A stretch of DNA of 64,000 nucleotides from Acidobacteriota bacterium (GCA_021323895.1 JAJPKD010000147.1:81-64080), one strand, 5' to 3'; numbered from the stretch's first letter, positions 9,589 through 19,132 are shown. Notes: generated by a model from the letters alone, not told the origin. Made by a program: numbers and translations.

Positions 9589-10821
9589 TCAGTGCGAACG
9601 AGCGACATTTTTGTAGACCACGCCACCCTTCATCACGAACACGACGCGTCGCACTGCGGTGATGTCTTTCAAAGGATCACCGTCGAGGGCGATGATGTCG
9701 GCCTGCATTCCCGGCGCGATCGAGCCGATCTGATCGGACATGCGAATGGCTTCGGCCGCCAGAGAGTTCGCCGAAACCATCGCTGTCATCGGGTCGACGC
9801 CACCGTCGCGCACGCGATCGATGAACTCTTCAGCGTTGCGACCGTGAGCACCTGCAACTGCGTCTGTGCCAAAAACGATCTTCAGTCCGGGAATCTTCGA
9901 AGCGCGTTGCACCAGTTCATGATTCAGCGAAAGGACGCGCTGCATTGCGGCGAAACCTTCTTCTGTGTAGCCCGGCGTGCCGAGATATCGATCCTTGTTT
10001 ACCAGATAATTCTCGATCACTAATCCCGCCTGCGGATCGAGATATGTTCCTTTCGACGCCATTAACTTCAAATCATCGTCGGTTGCCATTGTGCCGTGCT
10101 CGATCTGCGTGCATCCGGCGTTGGTCGCCGCCCGCACTGCATCTTTGTAAGCATGAACGACGGCGCGCAACCCAACTTTCCTTGCTTCGTCACAAGCCGC
10201 GTTTAGTTGCTCCTGCGACAGAGTCATGTTGCCGCCCTGGCGAATGCTGGCCGCGGCGAAAATCTTGATTACGTCTGCGCCGGCTTCCTTTTGTTTGCGA
10301 ATGAAAGCGCGAATCTGTTCCGGAGTGCCTGAACGTTCGCCTTGGCCAACCAAAGGTTCAGCCGAAGTGAGAATGCGCGAACCCGGCAATAATCCTTTAT
10401 TGATAGCATCGCGCAAAGGAATGTCTGCCGGCGAGCCAATGCTCTGAACCGTCGTGAAGCCCGCCATCAAAGTCACATAAGCATTCGAGGCCGCCGCGTA
10501 GATCGCATCGGGCGTCGTGCCGCCCTGACCCGCGTTCTTTCCGTCCTTGCCGAAGACCCAGGTCAGATGCACGTGCGCATCGATCCATCCCGGCATGACC
10601 GTCAACCCGCGCAAATCGTAATCAACCGGACCGGCTTTCGCATCGATCGCGACGATTCTTGATCCTTCTATGACGATGCGCGTGTTTCGCAGGACGTGAC
10701 CTCTGCCGTCAAGAACCGCAGTTGCCGAGATCACAACTCGTTTTGATTGGGCCGGAGCCGGATGTGCTGTCGTCAAACCGATGAGGATGGCGAGCGAAAT
10801 TATGAACGTGAGACTACGCAT
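9589..10821 (-). CDS. secreted amidohydrolase family protein
   Basis: 410 aa. It has a signal peptide. PGWIDAHVHL is the metal-binding HxH motif, and the C-terminal ...GSIAPGMQADIIALDGDPL is typical of the amidohydrolase fold. Confidence 0.75.
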   Translation of the reverse strand: MRSLTFIISLAILIGLTTAHPAPAQSKRVVISATAVLDGRGHVLRNTRIVIEGSRIVAIDAKAGPVDYDLRGLTVMPGWIDAHVHLTWVFGKDGKNAGQGGTTPDAIYAAASNAYVTLMAGFTTVQSIGSPADIPLRDAINKGLLPGSRILTSAEPLVGQGERSGTPEQIRAFIRKQKEAGADVIKIFAAASIRQGGNMTLSQEQLNAACDEARKVGLRAVVHAYKDAVRAATNAGCTQIEHGTMATDDDLKLMASKGTYLDPQAGLVIENYLVNKDRYLGTPGYTEEGFAAMQRVLSLNHELVQRASKIPGLKIVFGTDAVAGAHGRNAEEFIDRVRDGGVDPMTAMVSANSLAAEAIRMSDQIGSIAPGMQADIIALDGDPLKDITAVRRVVFVMKGGVVYKNVARSH

Positions 10822-11118
10822 TTCCTTTCTCCAGCGCTCGGGGACGTACGCTGCGTCCCTGCGCGATCGAGCCGATCCGATTGGGTTCCCGCGATTCGCC
10901 GAGATCAGGGTAAACGAGATCTCTACGGGCGCGGCGACGTTTTGATTAGGTGCCCTTCATATCACAACGTGCCGTGATCAAAAAACCGCAAATCAAATTT
11001 GGAGTTTCGTTTTCAGTTGTTGTAAAAGCTCCATATTCACCGGACGATGCGCGATCCTCGGATTGACGCCACACTTGGCTTGTTTCAGTGACGGCCAAGC
11101 TCCCGGACGCGAGCCCCA

Positions 11119-11982
11119 ATGATGCAACGCATCGTTTCTATACTCTATGACTTCTTACTGTCGGTGGCGCGTATGTACACGCTGCCACAACTGCTGGGTT
11201 TTGGAGTCACTTCAGCGGCGGTCGTGTTTGTCTCGGTAAGGCAAAGGCGACTCGGAAGGTTTGCTCGTCGTGCCGTTCTTACAGACATCACTTACAGCGC
11301 ATGGTTTGGTGTGCATGCGGCGTTCATTACTGTCCCGATGTCGCTGTGGCTGGCGAATCTGGTTTCTGGTTATGCCCCATTCCTCCGTTTGGGCTTGATC
11401 GACAACTTGCCCGCCTGGATGAGCCTTCCGTTGTTCTTCCTGGCGGCCGACTTTGTGCAGTACTGGATGCACCGTGCGATGCATCAATGGAAATGGTTGT
11501 GGACGTTCCACAAGATCCATCACTCACAGCGCGAGATTAATCCGCTGACTACCTGGCGGACGCATCCGGTTGAACTCATTTATGCGAACATCGGAGCCTT
11601 CACCGCGAGCCTGCTGATCGGAAACATCAAAGCGATCCCGCCACTGTTAGTTGGGCTCTTGGCGGCTTCGCAGTTTGCTCAACACTCGGACATAGACTGG
11701 ACTTACGGTCCGTTGGGAAGGTTCATCGTCAGCCCTCGTTTTCACGCCCGGCATCACTCGGCCGAAGCAGCAGATATCAGGGTCAATTTTGGAGGACTGT
11801 TAATAATCTGGGACCTGATCTTCGGCACCGCGCGCAGAGTGCCCGAGCGCCCAACAGCCTATGGTCTGGTTGACGCCGAGAATGATTTGCCCGGATCGTT
11901 TCTGGGCCAAGTGAGCTACCCGTTGCTGGTTTTTTGGAAGAGTACCGCGAGTCTTCTGAAGGAATTCCGCCGCAATACATAG
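11119..11982 (+). CDS. sterol desaturase / fatty acid hydroxylase superfamily membrane protein
   Basis: 287 aa. Histidine boxes HRAMH, HKIHH and HARHH sit within TM segments. Confidence 0.75.
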   Translation: MMQRIVSILYDFLLSVARMYTLPQLLGFGVTSAAVVFVSVRQRRLGRFARRAVLTDITYSAWFGVHAAFITVPMSLWLANLVSGYAPFLRLGLIDNLPAWMSLPLFFLAADFVQYWMHRAMHQWKWLWTFHKIHHSQREINPLTTWRTHPVELIYANIGAFTASLLIGNIKAIPPLLVGLLAASQFAQHSDIDWTYGPLGRFIVSPRFHARHHSAEAADIRVNFGGLLIIWDLIFGTARRVPERPTAYGLVDAENDLPGSFLGQVSYPLLVFWKSTASLLKEFRRNT

Positions 11983-12160
11983 AACCTGGCGAACCGACTA
12001 ACTGCCACTCGCGCCTAATTCGACAGCACCTCAAAAAAGCCTGCCCTTGGGAGCGTTAATTGATGGTCATTCGTTCCATCAGGCGGGAAATGTCTCTAAG
12101 AGCCAACAATCAAATTAGGGCTGAGGCAAATCCAAGATCCGATTCTAATCTCTAATCATT

Positions 12161-12198
12161 TGTAAAAAGTTGTAAAGAATCTGTGTTTGATCCTTACA
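12161..12198. promoter_or_regulatory. operator-like repeats upstream of the RND efflux operon (TGTAAA direct repeat plus TGTAAAG-N14-CCTTACA inverted repeat)
   Basis: tgtaaaaagttgtaaagaatctgtgtttgatccttaca lies about 85 nt upstream of the MFP start at 12281. Confidence 0.35.
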
Positions 12199-12280
12199 GG
12201 GACGCCTCGCGAAACCTCTGCGTTTGCTTGATCGTAATTCACAGGGCGATAATTTGTTTTCCCCCGGCCTGTTCTGAAAA

Positions 12281-13564
12281 ATGAGCGACATTCGATCACC
12301 CAAGGTGTTTCTTCCCAGACTTATTCTGGCCGCCACTTTGTGCGCTGCGCTTACGAGTTGCGCGAACAAGGCGGCGCCCAATGGTTTCGAGCGACCGCCC
12401 GCCCCGGTCACTGTCGCCGAAGCCGCAATGCAAGACGTTCCGGTTTATATCGACGCCATTGGAAAGACCGTTGCTCGCGAAACCGTAGCGATTCAACCGC
12501 AAGTCGCCGGCCGCATTCTCAAAATTCATTTCACCGACGGCGCGAATGTTCGCAAGGGCGACATCCTCTTCACGATCGATCCGCGTCCGCTTCAAGCTGC
12601 GCTGAGTGAAGCGCAGGCGAATGTCACGAAAGAAATTGCACTGAAGAAGCAAGCTGAGGCGAATCTTAATCGAGACTTGGCGATCGCGAGATGGAATGCT
12701 GTCCAGGTCAAACGGTACGCGAAGTTGGTTGAGGCAGGGGTAGTGCCGCGTGAACAGTACGAGCAGTTGGTTGCGACCGCCGATTCTTCGAATGCCACGG
12801 TCGAAGCCGATCGGGCGGCGGTGCATAGCGCCGACGAATCGATCAAAGCGGACAACGCTGCGGTCGAAAAAGCCAAAGTCGATCTCAGTTACTGCTACAT
12901 ACATTCGCCGATCGATGGACGCGCGGGACAGCGTCTGGTTGATATCGGAAATGTAGTGAACCCTGGTAGCGCCGGTGGAAACAACGCAAGCAGCAACACG
13001 ACTGCCACCGGACCACCAAGCAATGCTTTGCTGGTGATTGAACGCTTGGATCCGATCTACGCGGACTTTACGATTTCGCAAAACGATTTGAGCAAGGTGC
13101 AGGAACAGATGCACGCGGGCTCGCTCAAGACTGAAGTGCGTTTGCCGGATGCGACTGATCCCATTGCGGGGACGCTCACGTTTCTCGACAACTCAGTTCA
13201 GAACCAAACAGGTCAGGTGAACTTACGTGCGACGGTTCCCAACTCAGATCGAAGGTTTTGGCCCGGGCGATTTGTGAATATTCGTCTGGTGCTGAATACG
13301 ATTCGCGGCGCGGTGTTGGTACCGGCGACTGCGCCGCAACTGTCAGCGAAGGGCAATTACGTTTACGTCGTCAAGCAGGACATGACTGTCGATCAGCGAC
13401 AAGTGACGTTGGGCCAACGGCAAGGCGATCAAGTTGTGATCGAAAGCGGCGTTCAGCCCGGCGAAAAAGTTGTCACCAACGGACAAGTCGGCGTCACGCC
13501 CGGCGGCAAAGTTCGCATCGACACTCCAACAAACAACCAGCAGGGAAACAGCGGGACGAAGTAA
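12281..13564 (+). CDS. efflux RND transporter periplasmic adaptor (MFP) lipoprotein
   Basis: 427 aa. It has a lipobox (LTSC), a coiled-coil hairpin and a barrel-sandwich pattern (...VAGRILKIHFTDGANVRKGDILFTIDPRP...). Its stop overlaps the pump start (TAATG). Confidence 0.85.
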   Translation: MSDIRSPKVFLPRLILAATLCAALTSCANKAAPNGFERPPAPVTVAEAAMQDVPVYIDAIGKTVARETVAIQPQVAGRILKIHFTDGANVRKGDILFTIDPRPLQAALSEAQANVTKEIALKKQAEANLNRDLAIARWNAVQVKRYAKLVEAGVVPREQYEQLVATADSSNATVEADRAAVHSADESIKADNAAVEKAKVDLSYCYIHSPIDGRAGQRLVDIGNVVNPGSAGGNNASSNTTATGPPSNALLVIERLDPIYADFTISQNDLSKVQEQMHAGSLKTEVRLPDATDPIAGTLTFLDNSVQNQTGQVNLRATVPNSDRRFWPGRFVNIRLVLNTIRGAVLVPATAPQLSAKGNYVYVVKQDMTVDQRQVTLGQRQGDQVVIESGVQPGEKVVTNGQVGVTPGGKVRIDTPTNNQQGNSGTK

Positions 13565-16500
13565 TGAACCTCTCGGAGCCATTCATTCGGCGTCCTGTGA
13601 TGACCGCGGTCCTCACGCTGTCGGTGATTCTGTTTGGCGCACTCGCTTATTGGCAGCTTCCCGTCAACGATCTCCCCGCCGTCGATTATCCCGTTATCCA
13701 GGTCACCGTCGGCTATCCGGGCGCGTCTCCCGACACGATCGCCAACAACATCGCGACACCGCTCGAACGTCAGTTCATGCAGATCAACGGCCTTGAAGTC
13801 GTCACTTCGAAGAGCACGCAGGGTGTCGCCACATTCACGCTTCAATTTGCGCTCGACAAGAATATCGACGCGGCGGCGACTGATGTGCAGACGGCGATCT
13901 CGCAGGCATCAGGAGCATTGCCGGCTGATTTACCTTCGCCGCCGACTTACTCGAAGAGCAACCCCAATGATCAACCGATCATGTACATCGCGCTCACCAG
14001 CGATTCCGTAACGTCGGGCCAACTCTACGATTACGCCAGTACGCAGGTCGGGCAGCGCATTAGCATTTTGCCCGGGGTTTCGCGCGTGAACGTGTTCGGG
14101 ACAAAGTCGGCGATTCGGATCAAGGCCGATCCAGCCGCGATGTGGGCACGACAGATTTCAATCGACGATCTGAGCAACGCGATTAAGGGCGGTTCGAGTT
14201 ACACCGGCGCGGGCCAACTCGACAGTAGTTCCGGAACGGCTATTCTGCGGCCGCAGGGTCAGCTCGAAACGGCCGATCAATACAGCAACTTGATCGTTGG
14301 CGGAAACGGCAACGCTCCCGTTTATCTGCGCGATGTCGCGACGGTGAAAGACTCGGTGCAGGACGAACGCTTGAACATGAGATTTTGGGTGCGCGGCTAT
14401 GATATTCCCTCAGCGACAGTCATCGTCGCGGTGAACCGTCGCGCCGGCGCAAACGTCGTCGAGGTTTCGAAGAGCATTCACGAAATCCTGCCGGCGATTA
14501 GCGCGCAATTGCCGGGTTCCATTCGCGTCACGCCCATTTACGATCGAAGTCTGAGCATCGTTAACTCAGTCGTTGATGTCGAGACGACTTTAGTAATCGC
14601 GTTCGTGCTGGTGGTCATGGTCATCTTTGCTTTTCTCGGACGAGCCACAGACACGTTGATTCCAGTCGTCGCGTTGCCGCTGTCGCTGCTGATTACGTTC
14701 GTGGCGATGCGGATGCTTGGATACAGCCTCGACAACTTGTCGCTGATGGCGCTGACGCTGGCGATTGGATTTCTGGTCGATGACGCGATCGTGTTTCTCG
14801 AAAACACCGTGCGCCGCATGGAGCACGGCGAGCAGCCATTCGAAGCCGCCATCAACAGCGCGAAAGAGATCAGTTTCACGATCATGTTGATGACGATCTC
14901 GCTGGCCGCGGTGTTCATTCCGCTCGTTTTCATGACTGGCTTGGTTGGCCGCATCTTTCGCGAGTTCGCGATCACCATCGTCATTGCGATTTTCGCTTCG
15001 GGTTTAGTCTCGCTGACGCTGACGCCTTTGATGTGCGCGCGGCTTCTGAAACCGCGCGGCGCTGGCGCGAAAAAGAATTGGGTTGAGCGCGTCATCGGCG
15101 GAATCGAACATCGCGTGCTGCGCGTTTACGGCAGATCGCTTTGGTGGTTCCTGCGGCATCGCTGGGTTTCGGCAATCATCTGGGCGATTTGTCTTGCCGG
15201 CACGATCGCGCTGTTCATGATTGTGCCGAAGGCCTTTCTTCCGCCGGGTGACAGCTCAGTTATCTTTGGCGCATTCATCGCGCAGGAAGGATCGTCGCCC
15301 GATCAGATGAAGGCTTTGCAGGATCGTGTCGATCAGACTCTGCATCAGGATCCCAATGTCATCACCGACTTCACGTTGACCGGCGCGACAGGATTTCTGT
15401 CTGCCAACCAGGGCATCACCTTCACGTTCATCCAACCACCTGAAAAGCGACCGCCGATTCAGGCGGTAGCCGGCGAGATGATGGGCCGGCTCAATCAGAT
15501 TCCTGGCGTGTTCACGTTCCTTCAGCCGTTTCCGGTTCTGCAAATCAGCACGGGCGTGACTGCGCAGCAGCAAGGGCAGTACGCGTACGCAGTTTCGGGC
15601 GTAAACGGGCCGGAGGTTTACGAAGTCGGTCAGAAGCTCATGGCGAAGATGATGCAGTATCCGGGCTTTCAATCTGTTTCGTCGGATTACTTCGCACACA
15701 CGCCGAATCTCGATGTGGAGCTGCGCCGCGATCAGGCGAAGACTTACGGAGTCTCGGAAGCGCGCATTCTGTCGCTTCTGCGCAATGCTTATTCACAAAA
15801 TTACGTGTACCTCGTGAAGAAGCCGCAGGATCAGTATCAAGTGATCCTGGAGATGGAAGACGAAGCCCGTGCGCATCCGGAAGATCTGGCGAAGCTCTAC
15901 ATTCGATCGGACAACGGGCAGCGATTGGTGCCGCTCGGCGAGTTAGTCACGTGGAAGCAGACGCTGGGACCGCAAGCCGTGAATCACCTCAATCAATTCA
16001 CCGCTATGACGCTTTTCTTCAATTTGAAGCCGGGCGTGGCGCTGGGTAGCGCGACAGACTACATCCAGAAGTCAGCCGCCGAAATTGTGCCGCCAACGAT
16101 TCGCGGCGAGTTACAGGGCGAAGCCCAAACGTTTAGCAATACCGTCACCAGCATGACGATCCTGATGGGACTCGCGGTGTTCGTCATGTACGTGATTCTC
16201 GCGATTCTTTACGAAAGCTACGTGCATCCGCTGACGGTACTGTCAACTTTGCCAACGGCTCTAGTTGGAGGGCTGTTGACGCTGTTTGTCTTTGGCGCCG
16301 AAGCGTCGCTGTACGCGTTCGTCGGCATGTTCATGTTGATGGGCATCGTGAAAAAGAACGGCATCCTGATCGTTGACTTTGCGCGCGCCCGCGTTGACGC
16401 GGGTGAGAAGGCTGACAAAGCGATTCACGATGCGAGCATGGATCGCTTCCGTCCGATCTTGATGACGACTTTGGCGGCGGTGTTTGGCGCGATGCCGATC

Positions 16501-16734
16501 GCGCTGGGTTATGGCGCTGATGGCTCTTCACGCCGGCCGCTCGGTCTGGTCGTAGTCGGCGGCTTGGTAGTCTCGCAATTCATCACTCTCTTCATCACGC
16601 CGGTGATTTATCTCTACCTCGAGCAGTTTCAGGAGGACGTTTTGGATCGCAGCAAGTTCTGGGGCGCGCGCCATCATGAGCATAGACCGATGACACCGCC
16701 CGCCGACGAAGCAGAACCCTCGGGCGCAGAGTAG
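13564..16734 (+). CDS. efflux RND transporter permease subunit (AcrB/HAE1-like)
   Basis: It starts MNLSEPFIRRPVMTAVLTLSV, the canonical AcrB N-terminus, and has about 12 TM segments. The track ORF starting at 13258 is an Arg-rich out-of-context extension inside the MFP gene. Confidence 0.9.
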   Translation: MNLSEPFIRRPVMTAVLTLSVILFGALAYWQLPVNDLPAVDYPVIQVTVGYPGASPDTIANNIATPLERQFMQINGLEVVTSKSTQGVATFTLQFALDKNIDAAATDVQTAISQASGALPADLPSPPTYSKSNPNDQPIMYIALTSDSVTSGQLYDYASTQVGQRISILPGVSRVNVFGTKSAIRIKADPAAMWARQISIDDLSNAIKGGSSYTGAGQLDSSSGTAILRPQGQLETADQYSNLIVGGNGNAPVYLRDVATVKDSVQDERLNMRFWVRGYDIPSATVIVAVNRRAGANVVEVSKSIHEILPAISAQLPGSIRVTPIYDRSLSIVNSVVDVETTLVIAFVLVVMVIFAFLGRATDTLIPVVALPLSLLITFVAMRMLGYSLDNLSLMALTLAIGFLVDDAIVFLENTVRRMEHGEQPFEAAINSAKEISFTIMLMTISLAAVFIPLVFMTGLVGRIFREFAITIVIAIFASGLVSLTLTPLMCARLLKPRGAGAKKNWVERVIGGIEHRVLRVYGRSLWWFLRHRWVSAIIWAICLAGTIALFMIVPKAFLPPGDSSVIFGAFIAQEGSSPDQMKALQDRVDQTLHQDPNVITDFTLTGATGFLSANQGITFTFIQPPEKRPPIQAVAGEMMGRLNQIPGVFTFLQPFPVLQISTGVTAQQQGQYAYAVSGVNGPEVYEVGQKLMAKMMQYPGFQSVSSDYFAHTPNLDVELRRDQAKTYGVSEARILSLLRNAYSQNYVYLVKKPQDQYQVILEMEDEARAHPEDLAKLYIRSDNGQRLVPLGELVTWKQTLGPQAVNHLNQFTAMTLFFNLKPGVALGSATDYIQKSAAEIVPPTIRGELQGEAQTFSNTVTSMTILMGLAVFVMYVILAILYESYVHPLTVLSTLPTALVGGLLTLFVFGAEASLYAFVGMFMLMGIVKKNGILIVDFARARVDAGEKADKAIHDASMDRFRPILMTTLAAVFGAMPIALGYGADGSSRRPLGLVVVGGLVVSQFITLFITPVIYLYLEQFQEDVLDRSKFWGARHHEHRPMTPPADEAEPSGAE

Positions 16735-16923
16735 TGCGCGATCAACCTGGTAGCAACGTACTGCTGCGAACTGATGTTTGCGCGCGCGTGACACTTCTTA
16801 TTGACAGAAATGATAGAGTGACCGGCGTCTTCGCATCGATCACCATTAGTCATGTTTCTCCGAATGTTCGACGCGGGATTTGAATTTATCGTCGAGCCTG
16901 AATGATCAAAAGACCTAAAGCTT

Positions 16924-17205
16924 ATGTGTCGAAATATCAAAACCCTGCACAATTTCAAACCGCCAGCGACGGAAGAAGAGATTCGCGCCTCCGCGATTCA
17001 GTTCGTGCGAAAGCTCAGTGGCTTCAACAGGCCTTCAAAGACTAACGAAGCCGCGTTCAATCATGCAGTCGATGAAGTAACCAGAGTTGCAACTGAACTG
17101 CTCGACTCGCTCGTCACCAACGCGCCTCCGCGTGACCGTGAAGTTGAGGCAGCGAAGGCGAAGGCACGCACGGCGCTGCGGTTTCGTGGCGCGCCCGCGG
17201 TGTGA
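16924..17205 (+). CDS. DUF2277 domain protein
   Basis: 93 aa. MCRNIKTLHNFKPPATEEEIRASAIQFVRKLSGF is the conserved DUF2277 N-terminus. Confidence 0.65.
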   Translation: MCRNIKTLHNFKPPATEEEIRASAIQFVRKLSGFNRPSKTNEAAFNHAVDEVTRVATELLDSLVTNAPPRDREVEAAKAKARTALRFRGAPAV

Positions 17206-17271
17206 GCAGCTTGGTTCGCTTTCTATTGGTTCACGAGACCGCTTGCAGGCTTCGGATGTCACCGCGAGGTC

Positions 17272-17913
17272 TTACTTCTTCGTTGTCAGTTCGTTAACAA
17301 CCTCTCCAGCCGCAGCTAGTCCGCGTGCTGTCAGTGTATATCCAGATTCCTTGGAACCAGCTATTTCTCCCGCCATGTCTTTAATATAGCTAGAGAAATT
17401 ATTTGTGTCATAGGCGTTGTAGTGGCTGAGCGCTTCCTTGAGCACCTCGTGCGTTACTCGTGGAGCGCCACTGCCGAGGTACGCCGCCACGCCCGTAAGC
17501 AGGGCGACGCTTCGCATTTTGTCCTTCTTAGTCTTGCCCGGTACTGTCTTCGCGATTAGATCGATCTCATCAATCCCGAGAGTAAAAAGCTTTGAGAGTT
17601 GATCCGTGGTCAATCCATTCCTTCTAATCCAGCGTTGGGCCACAGGACTAATCCCTTCGAATTCTCCTTCGCTTGCGGTACTGCGTGTAGTCTCCGACGA
17701 TTTGTCCTCTGATTCCTCGGTTTCCCGGGCGAGTTGCGTCGGAGAGAAGGTGCTACCAGTGCGCTCTCCAACAAGGTCACCGGTATCGAGAGACAATCTC
17801 TTAAGGACGTAGTCAAGCACACGTTTTTGAGCGTTAGCGTCCAAGTCTTTTAGGGCTCCGTAAACACTACGCATGGCGTCGAATTCTGCGTCTACATCTG
17901 TTTTTCGCGTCAT
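17272..17913 (-). CDS. hypothetical protein, partner of the wHTH-PNP gene (N-terminal helical region, acidic linker, C-terminal winged-helix-like region)
   Basis: I chose the ATG at 17913 because GAAGGAG lies 5-11 nt upstream and it sits 11 nt after the upstream stop. The track start at 17952 would overlap the upstream gene. I recognise no family. GC looks lower than in the flanks. Confidence 0.6.
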   Translation of the reverse strand: MTRKTDVDAEFDAMRSVYGALKDLDANAQKRVLDYVLKRLSLDTGDLVGERTGSTFSPTQLARETEESEDKSSETTRSTASEGEFEGISPVAQRWIRRNGLTTDQLSKLFTLGIDEIDLIAKTVPGKTKKDKMRSVALLTGVAAYLGSGAPRVTHEVLKEALSHYNAYDTNNFSSYIKDMAGEIAGSKESGYTLTARGLAAAGEVVNELTTKK

Positions 17914-17924
17914 TTTTGCTCCTT

Positions 17925-19049
17925 CTAAGGCTTCGGCCACAAATTTTCCCATTCTGCGGAAAGAAATCTGATTGCAAACTCAGCTGCTACGTATGCGGCA
18001 TATTCTTGCCATGAATCTGATTTTTCTGCCGCAAAGTCACACACGGCTTTGAATGACACAAACCGAGGCTTCGGATCCGGCGCTTCGTTGCAAGCCCGGT
18101 AAACGCCGTACGTTTCCATTTCTACTCCAATGAGCTTCCGCCAATTCTTCTGAATTTCGAGAACGCGGGTTACGTCGTCTATGACTTGATCTGCAGCACC
18201 CAATGGCCCTACGTGAAGTGCATTCATCCGCGTAGGCAACTTGCCGTCCCATGCTTCTTGGATTTCTTCGAAAACCGGATTCAGGCCCCTATACTTTTGG
18301 AGAACGCTTCGAAGACGCGGATTTAACCCAATAGGGTAGGGATCTGGAAGGAAACCCCGAATCCCTTCCGCGCGGACGACTTTCCCCGAATTGTAGTCGA
18401 CGCTCGGATCTGCCACGAGAACGTCGCCAAATTCCTTATTGCCGTCACGCGTCCCAGCAGCAATTCCAATCATCACAACAATGCGCGGCTTAAACTGCAT
18501 AATCATTTGGGTGGTAACGATCGACGCGGCTGTTAGACCCATCGACGTCGCCGTGGTTGCGACCACTCTAAGTGTCTTACCAGCGGCCGTTGTGATCTCG
18601 CATTGACGATAAACATGAGGAAATCTAGCGCTCCCTATCGGTTGCCAGTTTTCAGTTCCTCCGCACGCTTCTGTAACAGCTGCAAACTCGGGTTGTTCGA
18701 GAGCGCAGATAATACCGACGTCAAAGTCATGATCATCAGCTGTCACATCAACGACTAGAGGAAGTCCGCTTAACTTGCGCAGTCGCTCGATGCCTTTCTC
18801 CGTGAAGATCCATTTCAGTGGGGGTCCCTTATCAGCGACGCGAACGTATTTTGAGTAGGCTCGAAGACTGGCGGCTACATTCGTGGGTCTTCCCGCCTTC
18901 GGGAGATTCAGTTTCAGTACATCCTGAATTTGAGCCGTCGTGATGGCGTTCGAAGTTCCTCCGAGTGCATACACAGCCGCCAGAATCTTGTATTGATCAC
19001 TCCTCGCGCTCGGCTTGATTGCTGTGAGAATAGTAGAAAAGTCTTCCAT
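17925..19049 (-). CDS. N-terminal winged-helix-like domain fused to a PNP_UDP_1 (MTA/SAH-nucleosidase-like) phosphorylase-superfamily domain
   Basis: 374 aa. The C-terminal 260 aa or so carry three nucleosidase-type motifs: VGIICALEQPEF (compare GAMEEE), IGVEMETYGVY (compare VEMEA) and FKAVCDFA (compare the catalytic SD.A Asp). The first 100 aa or so have no enzyme motif. Confidence 0.7.
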   Translation of the reverse strand: MEDFSTILTAIKPSARSDQYKILAAVYALGGTSNAITTAQIQDVLKLNLPKAGRPTNVAASLRAYSKYVRVADKGPPLKWIFTEKGIERLRKLSGLPLVVDVTADDHDFDVGIICALEQPEFAAVTEACGGTENWQPIGSARFPHVYRQCEITTAAGKTLRVVATTATSMGLTAASIVTTQMIMQFKPRIVVMIGIAAGTRDGNKEFGDVLVADPSVDYNSGKVVRAEGIRGFLPDPYPIGLNPRLRSVLQKYRGLNPVFEEIQEAWDGKLPTRMNALHVGPLGAADQVIDDVTRVLEIQKNWRKLIGVEMETYGVYRACNEAPDPKPRFVSFKAVCDFAAEKSDSWQEYAAYVAAEFAIRFLSAEWENLWPKP

Positions 19050-19132
19050 GGGATCGGAAGCTCACTGCGTGGGCTGGCCATAATTTAGCATACAATTGTT
19101 GTTTACTTTAGGTAGTCTAACAGATTGCGTCA

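Noticed and set aside
12296-13114. A 272-aa minus-strand ORF lies antisense to the MFP gene. Similar long antisense ORFs occur at 14538-15095, 31708-32373, 32455-32988, 45525-46082, 49206-49691 and 52218-52847.
   Set aside because: These are shadow ORFs of the kind expected in GC-rich coding sequence. They have Arg/Ser/His-rich, low-complexity composition, no RBS and no recognisable motifs. Each is fully embedded in a well-supported gene on the other strand.
13258-13563. The ORF track extends the RND pump ORF upstream to 13258, which would add a 102-aa N-terminal extension.
   Set aside because: The extension is Arg/Ser-rich, lies entirely inside the MFP gene in another frame, and precedes the canonical AcrB N-terminus MNLSEPFIRRPV at 13564. 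The TAATG stop/start overlap there fits translational coupling.
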